DNA of 64,000 bases from a virus (lineage: Duplodnaviria > Caudoviricetes): positions 64,001-128,000 of IMG/VR virus record IMGVR_UViG_3300021426_000063; one strand, given 5' to 3'. Made by a program: the position numbers and the translations under genes. Within the stretch, counting starts at the first letter, position 1, and every line of letters starts with the position of its first letter. Below are positions 50,374 to 60,324 of the stretch, piece after piece. The notes below the pieces were generated by a model. The model was not told the origin of the DNA, did no database searches, and saw only the letters and a program-made list of their open reading frames with translations.

Positions 50374-50613
50374 ATGGCAAAAGAAGTAGAAATCAACTAT
50401 TTTGAAGTGACAGTTAAACTTCAGGAAGAGACAGATCAAGAAGACCGTGCCGGGAATCCTAAAATCAAGAAGTGGCAGGAAAAGTGGTTAGTCCATGCAA
50501 AGACTACAGAAGAGGCCAACACAATCGTACAGAAAGAGTATGACGGTACAATGGCTGACTGGAGAATTGCCAATGTGAAGGAAACCCAGATTCTTGGTGT
50601 ACTTGATAATTAA
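50374..50613 (+). CDS. DUF4494-like protein
   Basis: YFEVTVK...E.WLV.A.T.EEA...I..VKETQI..V pattern of a Bacteroidota family. Confidence 0.65.
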   Translation: MAKEVEINYFEVTVKLQEETDQEDRAGNPKIKKWQEKWLVHAKTTEEANTIVQKEYDGTMADWRIANVKETQILGVLDN

Positions 50614-50719
50614 CCCATATCTTTATTGTTCATATTTGTTTTGTTGTTTTTAGAGTGGAGTTGTAACAAACCCCACTCTTTTTTCATAAATACCTTATAC
50701 TATGTACATATATTAAAAT

Positions 50720-51205
50720 ATGAACAATATAAAGAATTATACTGAATTTCTCCTTGAAGTGAAATCAGACAAGGACATTGTTAAGGACTTGGCAAGACAC
50801 CTGGCATTTGACAAGGACATAATCAAGTATCTTAACACATCCAGGGCAAAGCGTGAAATAGGTTGGAGAGAGATGCTGGATACAAAACTGCATGGTAAGA
50901 ACAAATTCTACATCAACTATATCACAAAGAATATGGTTGCTGATTATAACCCACAGATTACAGGTTATATCCATATCAATGATAATGAAGATGAGGAAGA
51001 TTTTGATCAGCAGGACAAGGACAGGGGATTTGATGATATGAGTCCTGAAGAACAAATTGCTGACCTCAATGACAGGGTTGGTGATGTTGAGGATCTTCTT
51101 GGTATCGACCCTGATAAGGATTCTTCACTTGACAAGGTTGCAAAGGCACTTGACAAGGCTGGTTATGAAAGACCTGAAATCAAAGATGATGAAGAGGAAG
51201 AATAA
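50720..51205 (+). CDS. Acidic late protein with capsid-targeting-like leader
   Basis: MNNIKNYTEFLLE; late promoter. Confidence 0.7.
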   Translation: MNNIKNYTEFLLEVKSDKDIVKDLARHLAFDKDIIKYLNTSRAKREIGWREMLDTKLHGKNKFYINYITKNMVADYNPQITGYIHINDNEDEEDFDQQDKDRGFDDMSPEEQIADLNDRVGDVEDLLGIDPDKDSSLDKVAKALDKAGYERPEIKDDEEEE

Positions 51206-52113
51206 TGAGTGATTACAACCAGAAATATAACAAGGATGATGTTTTCATAAGGAGTATGATAGTGTGTCTTCTTGCAGAAATGAACAAGAAGATGTACATC
51301 TATAACCGTCTTGATGATGGATCTATACAGAAGGTTGACATTCCTTGTCTTTATTCCATAACTGGAGGGGAAAGATTCTTAAAAGATGAGTTTTACTATG
51401 ATGCGCTCCAGCAAGGTAAGGCATTCGGTGACTATGAGCATGTCCCAAGATGTATGGTGAACCTTACCAGTTTCAGTGTCAACCAGGCAGAACAAACCAA
51501 CAAATACAACAGGACAAAGATCGTAAGAGAGAGTCAGGGTGTTTTGAGGACATTGTATCTTAATGTTGAATGGATCCCTGTCACTCTTTCCTTTGATTGT
51601 AGGGTCATCTGTGCAAACAACATTGAACTCTTCAAGGCAACAGAGATGATAGTCTCCAAAATCTACAAGAACCCAAACTACTTCAAGGTTGATTTTGGTA
51701 TGTTCAATGTTGATGCTTGTCTTTCTGTACCTGCTGATTATAATCATACACTTCCACAGGAGTTTGGATTGAATGATAAAAAAGAGTTTTCAACAGAGTT
51801 CAGTATTGAAATGAAGTGTTTCATACCTGCATTTGAGCATGGTCTTCTTCTTTGTGAGATTGATGAACTCTTACTCCAGGTTCCAAAGGATGTTAAAGGC
51901 ATCATTGAATACAGACCTGATGAATTTGGTGTATATGGTATGAGGGCTGGTGGTGTAATGGAAACAATTATTGAATCTGAATATGCTCATCATATTGAAG
52001 AACCAACATTAAAATCAAACACACATACTGTTCCTATGAAAGTCAGGTCATTGGATGATTTGAAGAAAAAGGATTTGAATGAAGATTTAATCCAAAGGAA
52101 GATTGTAAAATAA
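51205..52113 (+). CDS. Tail terminator/sheath stabiliser (T4 gp15-like)
   Basis: IPCLYS...ERFL...VPR...IPVTLSFD pattern. Confidence 0.6.
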   Translation: MSDYNQKYNKDDVFIRSMIVCLLAEMNKKMYIYNRLDDGSIQKVDIPCLYSITGGERFLKDEFYYDALQQGKAFGDYEHVPRCMVNLTSFSVNQAEQTNKYNRTKIVRESQGVLRTLYLNVEWIPVTLSFDCRVICANNIELFKATEMIVSKIYKNPNYFKVDFGMFNVDACLSVPADYNHTLPQEFGLNDKKEFSTEFSIEMKCFIPAFEHGLLLCEIDELLLQVPKDVKGIIEYRPDEFGVYGMRAGGVMETIIESEYAHHIEEPTLKSNTHTVPMKVRSLDDLKKKDLNEDLIQRKIVK

Positions 52114-52153
52114 TCATAAATATAGAGTATTATAATCCTAATTTTTAAACAGA

Positions 52154-53833
52154 ATGATAGCATTACAAAACATACTTAACTCAGAAGGCCAAGAATTCTT
52201 GGATAATCTTTTGAATAAAGAGGTTGTAGTAAATGAGAAACTCAATGCAGCAACACTCTCATTTCAGAAGAAGGTCAAGTCTGAAACAGACCTCAACAGG
52301 AAGTTGACTTTCTATAAGGGTTCAGGTGTTAATAAGAGAGAGATTACTGTTGCTGATAGAGTTATGACTAATTTCTATGCCAATGGTATGACCTATTTGA
52401 GTAACTTAAGTAAAATCATTATAGACAAGATTCCAAACAACTGGACTTTTGTCTGTAAGTATTTCCCTAACCACCAGCCAAGTTTCATCAATTATTCTGT
52501 TCTCCCAAAGAACAACTTGGTTCTTTCTTGTATCATCACATCTGGTGGTACAAAGATTGAGGATGTGGAGGATTTGAGATCTTGGGCAGAGATGTTTGAC
52601 ATTGCTTACCAGGAACCAGTGTTCAGAGGATACCTCACACAGTATCAGAAAGAGAGATTGAATGATTATTTGAAGAATGGATCCACCAAGGATTCATTTG
52701 CAAGATTCATTATCACCTTATTGAACCCTAACCTCACACACTCATTATATCAAAATGATGGTTTTGATTCACCTATTGATGGTTTCATCTTCAAGTTTAT
52801 ATCAGATGACGGAGTAACCAAACCTGTATCTGCCAAACTCATTGACCCTTATATGACCAATATCATATTGAAGAACAAGTCAAACAAGGGATTCAAGGAC
52901 AATACAGATGTTCTGTTGTCTGATTTTGCTGTCTTTATGACAGGACAGGATATGGACTCTATTCTTCTTCATAGTGATGATGAGAGTCAGAGGTATCTTG
53001 AACTCTTCTATAAATTGTTCAACAGATACATCAAATATAAGAAGTCACAGTTGGAAGACTTTGATGTTGACACAAATGACATTGTAAAGGAATCCATCAA
53101 TGTAGAGTTTGATGTTGATATGGATGCCATCACCAATGAGACCACAAAGAAACTCTTGAAGGATAATCCGGAATACAAATCTATCTTCAAGACTCTCCTT
53201 GGTTCATTCAAAGCAAAGAAACCAGAGGATTACAAGTCTCTTGTTATGTCTCCTGGTGTAGTAAGAATCTTCAATGAAATCATTGATAAGATAAATGATA
53301 AGATTAAGACACAGGATCAGAATAATGATTTATCATTCACATCCTATCTTGATAGTATTCATCATAAGGACATCAATGACCTTGACATCAAGAATGCTCC
53401 ACAGGAAGTACAGGATGCCAACCTGGAAGTAAAGCCAGAGGAGAAGAAGAGTATTGCTGCCCTTTCATTTGCAGACTTCAAGAAGAAGGATGAGCAGGAA
53501 AAGGATGACAAGCAGGAGAAGAAACAAATCAAATCCATTGAGGATATGATCAAAGACCTTCAGAAGGATGTAAGTGGTATCAAGGACAACATTAAGGATG
53601 TTGAACAGAGTATAAAGGATTCTGCTGAAAAGAAGGAAGAGGAAGAAAAGAAAGAGGATAAGAAGGAGGAGAAAGAACCTGAAAAGGAAGAAAAGAAAGA
53701 CACTCCAAAAGACACAGGTGATTCAGATTCAGATGTAGAAGAAAATGATGATGAATCAGCAGACAACAATGATGATGAGAAAAAGGATAAGAAAGAAGAA
53801 AAGGAAAATGACAATCCTCTTTTGAACCTTTAA
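52154..53833 (+). CDS. Divergent RNA-ligase-fold protein with charged tail
   Basis: VNEKLNA (motif I-like), PVFRG, IDGFIFK (motif IV-like), SAKL. Confidence 0.45.
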   Translation: MIALQNILNSEGQEFLDNLLNKEVVVNEKLNAATLSFQKKVKSETDLNRKLTFYKGSGVNKREITVADRVMTNFYANGMTYLSNLSKIIIDKIPNNWTFVCKYFPNHQPSFINYSVLPKNNLVLSCIITSGGTKIEDVEDLRSWAEMFDIAYQEPVFRGYLTQYQKERLNDYLKNGSTKDSFARFIITLLNPNLTHSLYQNDGFDSPIDGFIFKFISDDGVTKPVSAKLIDPYMTNIILKNKSNKGFKDNTDVLLSDFAVFMTGQDMDSILLHSDDESQRYLELFYKLFNRYIKYKKSQLEDFDVDTNDIVKESINVEFDVDMDAITNETTKKLLKDNPEYKSIFKTLLGSFKAKKPEDYKSLVMSPGVVRIFNEIIDKINDKIKTQDQNNDLSFTSYLDSIHHKDINDLDIKNAPQEVQDANLEVKPEEKKSIAALSFADFKKKDEQEKDDKQEKKQIKSIEDMIKDLQKDVSGIKDNIKDVEQSIKDSAEKKEEEEKKEDKKEEKEPEKEEKKDTPKDTGDSDSDVEENDDESADNNDDEKKDKKEEKENDNPLLNL

Positions 53834-53871
53834 GATTTTCATAAATAATAATATATAAACAATATCTAATC

Positions 53872-55452
53872 ATGGATAATTTGAATACAAACTTAATCAA
53901 CTTGATCGCTTCATTCAAGAAGACTGGTCAGTCTGATGAGGTTATCAAGCAGTCATTGTGGCAATTGGGTATGATTCCAGAGATGGTGGAATCACACCTT
54001 GACTATTATAACAAGCACACTGCACAGATTAACAAGGACATAAACATAGTAAAAGAAACTAAAGATATGAAACTAACACTTGAAAAATTGCACACTCAGT
54101 CTGAAAAGACTATTGCAGCACTTGAAGAAATGAAGTCTGACAACAGTCTCGGTTTCTCTGCATCAAGCGCACAGAAAATCATTGAGAATGCTTTGGCACA
54201 GCTTCAAATCACAAAGGATGACAAGACTGTGATGGAAGAGAAAATCAAGGCTGGTTATAAGATTGATGATACACTTGTAAATCCAGTTTTGAAGTACACT
54301 GTAACCGAAAGTCTCTACTCTGCTCTTACACAGTATGACTGGTTACAGCCTGTTGCTGATTTCAGAGGTATGATTGCTGAATCATTCGTGGCAGACAAAT
54401 GGAGTTATGTTGCAGCTAATTTTGCAAACAGTCTTGCTGGTCAGTCTTCAAATCCTTCATATGCTCATCTCTATGAAGGCCTTGTAGATGTTCTCATTGA
54501 TGAGGAAAATGTAAGACTTGCACTTAAAGATGTTCTTCTTGAGAACTCTTGGCATGCTGATTGTAAATCTCTCCTTTCATCTATTGTTGCTGAAGAAAAG
54601 GCAGAACAGGGTGAGATTAACACCAGTATCTATGAGAACTCTAATTGTTCTGTAAGAAAGACCATCTCACCACTTATTATTGATGGTGATAAGAAAGTAT
54701 TCTTCCTTAATGGTAAGAATTACATCTTTGATGGTCAGACTCTTGAAGAAGCAACAGTTACTGACAGAAAATATCTCAATGTACTTGAAGGTCTTTCAAT
54801 ATTGAAGTATGAAGCAGACAAAGACAGACTTGTTTATTATGGTAAGAACAATATGGTTCTTGAATACAACTGCCAGACAGATGAAATTGCTCTCACTGGT
54901 GCAGAGAACATCAATGAAATGTCAATCATTGATCTCAATGAGACATTGAAGAGATGTGGCATCTTTGACAGAGAGACTATTGGTAACTGTGAGAAACTTG
55001 TTAAGTTCTTTGAAGCAAAGGATATCCTTGTTGAACTTGACACTCCTATCACCACTGTACAGAATGACAAGATGGCAGGTGTATTTGTAACTGTTATCAA
55101 TGTTCAGGAAGGTGTATATGTAAACAAGGTAAATGCTGTTCTTGGTATCAATGAGATGACTTATTACAAGACTGCAAAGGAAGCATGTGATGCTATCAGA
55201 GATTTTATGAAGTATGATGCAACTCCAATCCTTTCAGAGAAACTCCAGGCAGAAGGTATCAAGAATGCTGTCATTGAGTCAAAGAGAAATGAAATCAAGG
55301 AAACCCTTTCATTCCTTTCAGAGAAGAGAGCTCAGCTCATTGCTGGTCTCCAGGAAACCAACAACAATGAACAGGTAAAGGCTGCTCTTGAACTTGTTGA
55401 AGGTGAAATTAGAAAGTTTGAGAAGGAACTCCAGGAAACATATGTAGAGTAA
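53872..55452 (+). CDS. Hypothetical late protein
   Basis: 526 aa; late promoter; coiled-coil C-terminus. Confidence 0.75.
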   Translation: MDNLNTNLINLIASFKKTGQSDEVIKQSLWQLGMIPEMVESHLDYYNKHTAQINKDINIVKETKDMKLTLEKLHTQSEKTIAALEEMKSDNSLGFSASSAQKIIENALAQLQITKDDKTVMEEKIKAGYKIDDTLVNPVLKYTVTESLYSALTQYDWLQPVADFRGMIAESFVADKWSYVAANFANSLAGQSSNPSYAHLYEGLVDVLIDEENVRLALKDVLLENSWHADCKSLLSSIVAEEKAEQGEINTSIYENSNCSVRKTISPLIIDGDKKVFFLNGKNYIFDGQTLEEATVTDRKYLNVLEGLSILKYEADKDRLVYYGKNNMVLEYNCQTDEIALTGAENINEMSIIDLNETLKRCGIFDRETIGNCEKLVKFFEAKDILVELDTPITTVQNDKMAGVFVTVINVQEGVYVNKVNAVLGINEMTYYKTAKEACDAIRDFMKYDATPILSEKLQAEGIKNAVIESKRNEIKETLSFLSEKRAQLIAGLQETNNNEQVKAALELVEGEIRKFEKELQETYVE

Positions 55453-55458
55453 TTGGTT

Positions 55459-55734
55459 ATGGAAAGGGTAAAGAGTTTCAATGAGTTTATCAATGAAACC
55501 TTCCTTGAAAAACCTGCTGATGTTGACATTCTTGACCACAGTAAGAAAAAGATGGAAAAGAATGGTTATGCAGAAGTAACAGTCATTGAAACTGTAGATG
55601 GTCTTGAAAAAGGTGACAAGGTATTGGTTTCAGCAACAGAGTATGGTCAGTTGGATGACGAATCATTTGTTACCTGTTACAAGGATGATGAAGAATACTT
55701 CATTCAGAAAAAGAATTTACAGGCAAATTCATAA
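55459..55734 (+). CDS. Small late protein with capsid-targeting-like leader
   Basis: MERVKSFNEFINE. Confidence 0.75.
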   Translation: MERVKSFNEFINETFLEKPADVDILDHSKKKMEKNGYAEVTVIETVDGLEKGDKVLVSATEYGQLDDESFVTCYKDDEEYFIQKKNLQANS

Positions 55735-55812
55735 CATAGAAAATGTGGGAAAACAACCCCACATTTTCTTTTGTTATATTTAATATATACAATATATCCT
55801 TTGTATTGAAAA

Positions 55813-56484
55813 ATGGCCAAAAAGAAAAACTATTTAAGTAATGCTGAATTAAGGGATGAGATTCTTAAATGTATAACAGATGGATATGAAAAGGCCATAT
55901 CTTATGGATTTGATCCAACACTTCCACCTTATGACAATGGTAGTTCAGAATCAGAACAAGATGACATTGTAGAAGATAAGACAATAAAGATTGGTTATCT
56001 TTTTGACAGTGATGATGAAGAACTTATAGAGAAGTATGAGATGGCTATCAAGAATGGTTATATGCCAGAGAGATCATACTGGATAAGGAAGGTCAGGGAA
56101 TATGAAAAAGAGGATACTGATGATATGGTTAGTTCAGATGACAGACTCAATCTTCAAATGGCAAAACCAGTAGTCAGTGACAAACTAGCCAAGATGTTCC
56201 AACTAATAGTAGAAAATATTGCAAGAAGTTTCTACTGGTCAAATCCTGATGATGGTGAGGATTGTAAGGCCAATGCAATCCTGGATTTATGTTCTTGCTT
56301 CTGGAAGTATGAACCGGTTGATGTGAATGGAAGACCATACAGTGCATTTGCCTTCTGTTCACAGATTGCCTATTTTGGAATTGCCGGCGCACACAGGATA
56401 CTTCATCCAAAGAAGTACAATGGTACAATATCTATTTCTTGCTTGGATGAAAATGGAAGACCATTTGATTTATACAATCTTTAA
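55813..56484 (+). CDS. Late-transcription sigma factor (T4 gp55-like)
   Basis: NYLSNAEL, KMFQLIVENIA, AFAFCSQIAY (compare gp55 YVNNKE and FAYxTQ). Confidence 0.75.
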   Translation: MAKKKNYLSNAELRDEILKCITDGYEKAISYGFDPTLPPYDNGSSESEQDDIVEDKTIKIGYLFDSDDEELIEKYEMAIKNGYMPERSYWIRKVREYEKEDTDDMVSSDDRLNLQMAKPVVSDKLAKMFQLIVENIARSFYWSNPDDGEDCKANAILDLCSCFWKYEPVDVNGRPYSAFAFCSQIAYFGIAGAHRILHPKKYNGTISISCLDENGRPFDLYNL

Positions 56485-56489
56485 TTCAC

Positions 56490-56519
56490 AAAGGAGTAAC
56501 CACAAGTTACTCCTTTTTT
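56490..56519 (+). terminator. Terminator after the sigma gene, abutting a late promoter
   Basis: AAGGAGTAAC-CACAA-GTTACTCCTTTTTT. Confidence 0.8.
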
Positions 56520-56547
56520 CATAAATACATTATAATAGTATATACTT

Positions 56548-57834
56548 ATGAATAAAGATTTATTTCAGAATGACCATATAACTGGTAACTCATTGATTGG
56601 ATTTGAGTTCAAAGGTCAGTTCAAGGATGATGAGAATGTATTACTCACCAAGTTAAAGGATATACTCAACAGGGAAGTATCATTCTCAAACATCAGTTAT
56701 AAGCTCCTTGAACCAACAGACCACCAGGCAGTTATGACTCTTGATGGAAAATACTGTGAAGTAAAGACTCCTCAATACAGTTACTTTGAAGCACTCTTCA
56801 TTCTCCCAAAGATTCTTGAACTTCTCAAATCTTTGAAAGATGACAAGGGATCATATCTGTATTTCAGGATTGGATTCAACAAGGATTTCTGTGATATAAC
56901 ACAGATCAATGTGATGAAGTTCATCCTCGAATTCAATGAAGATTATGTATTGAAGCATCTCACTGACCTCACTCTTGATGGTAATTTTGAGAAACTCACA
57001 GACATAAAACCATCAGATATTGAATCTTGTATTGATACCATCAAGAAAAGAATGGATGGTTTGAAGTACACTGATTATGAAGACATCTATGGTATTGATT
57101 TCAGTACTGTCAAACTTGGATACATCACATTCACATATGCCAGGGAAATCAACTTCAGGAACAAATGGGAAGAACTTCTCAAATGCCTGAACCATACCAT
57201 CATCACTCTTTACAACACCAGTACAGTATTTGAGTTTTCAGATGATGAGAAAAAGAAGATTGAAGACCTTGATACTACATACAAGTCAACCTCCCAGGCC
57301 TTTGGATGTTATGAACTCTTCAAGGAGAAATATAAGGGTATCAAACTCACCAAAGACCTAAATGCTGATGGTATGGATATTGAAATCATCTTCCCAGCAA
57401 TCAAGGACAAACTCTTTGATATTGTAGTGAAGTGTGGCATCAAGGAGGCTCAGATTAATTATGATTCTGATATTTCCAGGATCCAGTTAAAGAATATTGA
57501 GACAAAGAAGTGTTATCACCTCAATGGTGTTGATATTGTTGACAGTGAACTCACCAACTGTACCATAAGAGACTGTGATGTCTATGATACCAATATTGAG
57601 AAATCATCCATCATCAAGAGTAATCTATTTGGATATGCTGATTGCAAGGATTGTAGGATTAAAGATTCCTTTGTCAGTAGAAATATCAAGTTGAAGGATT
57701 GCAGAGTATCTGGCAATCTTGGTAAGATGGGTGGTATAATGAAAGGTGGTATGTTGAAGGACACCACTGTCATTGCATCAATGGCAGATATTGCTGATGA
57801 TGTAGAAAAGAACAATGTAAATGAAATTCAGTAA
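56548..57834 (+). CDS. Degenerate amidoligase-like protein with C-terminal beta-helix repeats
   Basis: IGFEF, EVKTP, YFRIGF; C-terminal 5-residue periodicity (LTNCTIRDCDVYDTNIEKSSIIKS). Confidence 0.45.
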   Translation: MNKDLFQNDHITGNSLIGFEFKGQFKDDENVLLTKLKDILNREVSFSNISYKLLEPTDHQAVMTLDGKYCEVKTPQYSYFEALFILPKILELLKSLKDDKGSYLYFRIGFNKDFCDITQINVMKFILEFNEDYVLKHLTDLTLDGNFEKLTDIKPSDIESCIDTIKKRMDGLKYTDYEDIYGIDFSTVKLGYITFTYAREINFRNKWEELLKCLNHTIITLYNTSTVFEFSDDEKKKIEDLDTTYKSTSQAFGCYELFKEKYKGIKLTKDLNADGMDIEIIFPAIKDKLFDIVVKCGIKEAQINYDSDISRIQLKNIETKKCYHLNGVDIVDSELTNCTIRDCDVYDTNIEKSSIIKSNLFGYADCKDCRIKDSFVSRNIKLKDCRVSGNLGKMGGIMKGGMLKDTTVIASMADIADDVEKNNVNEIQ

Positions 57835-58193
57835 TGTTAAGAGACATATATGCAATTCCTGAAGAGGAACCAAGATATAAGGACAATGTACTTGAAATCA
57901 CTGGTGAATTGGATGAAATCATACAACAGGTAGATATGATTCTCTTCACAAACAAAGGTGATGTCTTGTGTATGCCTGATTTTGGATGTAACCTTGGAAG
58001 ATACTTGTTTGATACTACCTATAATGAACAACTAATCAAACAGATTATAATGGATCAGATTAATAATTTCATTTATTTAGATGGTTCTTACAAAGTTGAT
58101 GTTGATGTGAATTTCATAAAATGGGATTATAATGTTGCAATGGTTGTAGACCTCAATATAAACAATCGCCGTGTGGCATCTTATTTAGTTTAA
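57834..58193 (+). CDS. Baseplate gp25-like protein
   Basis: ILFTNKGD...PDFGCNL..YLF. Confidence 0.88.
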   Translation: MLRDIYAIPEEEPRYKDNVLEITGELDEIIQQVDMILFTNKGDVLCMPDFGCNLGRYLFDTTYNEQLIKQIIMDQINNFIYLDGSYKVDVDVNFIKWDYNVAMVVDLNINNRRVASYLV

Positions 58194-58197
58194 AAAG

Positions 58198-58228
58198 AAA
58201 AGAGATGATACCAAATCATCTCTTTTTT
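58198..58228 (+). terminator. Terminator after gp25, abutting a late promoter
   Basis: AAAAGAGATGAT-ACCAA-ATCATCTCTTTTTT. Confidence 0.8.
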
Positions 58229-58260
58229 CATAAATAAATATATAATGTTAATTATCAGAT

Positions 58261-60036
58261 ATGTCTTTTTTATCCAAGACTAGATTGAAGGCAAGTGAAT
58301 TGATGGAACAATCTGTCAATTTCTTACATGAAAAGTATAACCAGGCTGCAAATGTATTCACAGCAGCATCCCCATTTGGACAATTATTGACAGTCATAGC
58401 AAATATGGCTGAACTTATCTTCACATATATCTCCCATACAGCAGAAGAACTCAATATAAAGACTGCACAGAATGTGGAGACTATATATGGTCTTGCTCAA
58501 ATGACAGGACATGATGCTTATAGAGGTGGAAGTGCATATGGTATGATGGCATTGAAATTAAATACATATTCTGATTTGATTGAAGGAAATTATATAACTA
58601 TAAACAACTTCACAAAATTCTCAATAACTGAAACTGGATGTACATACTTCTTAAATCTTCCAAGTGATTATATTAAGCTTGATGTTGGAGCAAATGATTT
58701 TGTGAATGTTAATTTCATCCAAGGTATCGCAGAAAGTCAAAAATTCACATCTGATGGTTCACCACTTCAATCATTCAATCCTATTGTAAAATCAATGACA
58801 GACAATGATAATGTTGCTGTCAGTGTGAATGGTAAACAATGGAAGAGGGTGAACAGTCTTTATGATATGCCGGCAGATGATGACACCAATGAGAATTCAG
58901 AATGCTTTATTGTAAAATCATCAGTCAATGTTGGTCTTTCAATCTTCTTTGGTAATGGTGAATTTGGTAAGATTCCACCAGCAGGTTCTGTCATTGAGAT
59001 AACATATATCAAGACAGATGGTGCTGCCGGTAATGCAGATACATCAAATCTCACATATATCTTCCAGGATTCTGCTGTTGATGAGTATGGTAATGAAATC
59101 AACCTCAATGATGTACTCACAGTCGAGACAGTAGTACCCCCAACACTTGGTAGTAATTTTGAAGACCCAGAGTTCACAAAACTCATTGCTCCAAAGGCAA
59201 GTAAGTCATTTGTATTGGCAACTCCAGAGAACTATGTGAGTTATCTTTCAAAGTATAATCAGTACTCATTCATCTATGCATACAATACAAAGGATGACCC
59301 TAATGTATATGATGACAATGTGATCTACTTAAAGATAATTCCTAACATTAAGAAAAAACTTTCAAACAGTCAGGATTTCTTTGAACTCCCAACAAGTGAG
59401 TTCACATTGAGTGAGTATGAAAAACAATCCATCATTGATGCACTTGACAACTCTGGCAGAATGCTTGTCAATGCAGAGGTAAAGATTGTTGATCCAACTG
59501 TAAAGAAATATGTAATCAATATCATTGTAAGATACTTTGAGGATATTGACAGAACCCAGATAAGGGCAAGTATCAGGTCTCTTCTCGATAAATACTATCT
59601 CAATATAAACAGAAATGACATCGTCCCGCTTTCAGATATTATATCTCTTGTTGAGAGTGTTGATGGTGTTGATACATGTGATGTATTCTTTGTAAGTGAA
59701 GAAAATGAGAAAGCAATTGAGAATGGTTATTACTACACCAATGAGATGACCTGGGATGGTCTTGAATATGTAGAGAACCAGAAGAAGGTATATGTTAATT
59801 ATGATGAGGATCCAAGGATTGGATTTGATGATTTTGGTAACCTCAAAGTTAATGAATATGAAATCTTCATTCCAAAGGGTGGATGGAAAGACAGGGATGG
59901 TAATTACTACACAGAAACCCCGGAAGATGGTAAACTTGGTCCACTCAACATCTTCTTCATAGATAAGGTTGACAGTTCTTCTTATAACCTTGCTATGCAG
60001 AGGAAACTCAATACATTATTGAAAAACAACTATTAA
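58261..60036 (+). CDS. Baseplate wedge protein (T4 gp6-like)
   Basis: TAQ..ETIYGLA, IFFGNGEFGKIP, ITYIKTDGAAGN, ATPENY. Confidence 0.88.
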   Translation: MSFLSKTRLKASELMEQSVNFLHEKYNQAANVFTAASPFGQLLTVIANMAELIFTYISHTAEELNIKTAQNVETIYGLAQMTGHDAYRGGSAYGMMALKLNTYSDLIEGNYITINNFTKFSITETGCTYFLNLPSDYIKLDVGANDFVNVNFIQGIAESQKFTSDGSPLQSFNPIVKSMTDNDNVAVSVNGKQWKRVNSLYDMPADDDTNENSECFIVKSSVNVGLSIFFGNGEFGKIPPAGSVIEITYIKTDGAAGNADTSNLTYIFQDSAVDEYGNEINLNDVLTVETVVPPTLGSNFEDPEFTKLIAPKASKSFVLATPENYVSYLSKYNQYSFIYAYNTKDDPNVYDDNVIYLKIIPNIKKKLSNSQDFFELPTSEFTLSEYEKQSIIDALDNSGRMLVNAEVKIVDPTVKKYVINIIVRYFEDIDRTQIRASIRSLLDKYYLNINRNDIVPLSDIISLVESVDGVDTCDVFFVSEENEKAIENGYYYTNEMTWDGLEYVENQKKVYVNYDEDPRIGFDDFGNLKVNEYEIFIPKGGWKDRDGNYYTETPEDGKLGPLNIFFIDKVDSSSYNLAMQRKLNTLLKNNY

Positions 60037-60039
60037 TAG

Positions 60040-60324
60040 ATGGATACATCAAAGAATAATGACATAAACATTGTCAAATACAAAGGATTTGACTCCATCT
60101 ATGATAAGATTAATGAGAGTAGATGGGAGACAAAGAATGAAGGATACAAGTATGAAGATACATTGATGGAAGACAACACAAGTAAGTACCTTCAAAAGAA
60201 TCCTATGATGAGACAGTTCTTCCCTTATCTGAACAAACTGATGTCTCATCTCATCAATAGTGTGAAGTATTTGAGAAACTTCAACAACTATGCAGTCAGA
60301 AAAGATTACAAAAGAATTGACTAA
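60040..60324 (+). CDS. Hypothetical baseplate-operon protein
   Basis: 94 aa; stop overlaps the next start. Confidence 0.7.
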   Translation: MDTSKNNDINIVKYKGFDSIYDKINESRWETKNEGYKYEDTLMEDNTSKYLQKNPMMRQFFPYLNKLMSHLINSVKYLRNFNNYAVRKDYKRID

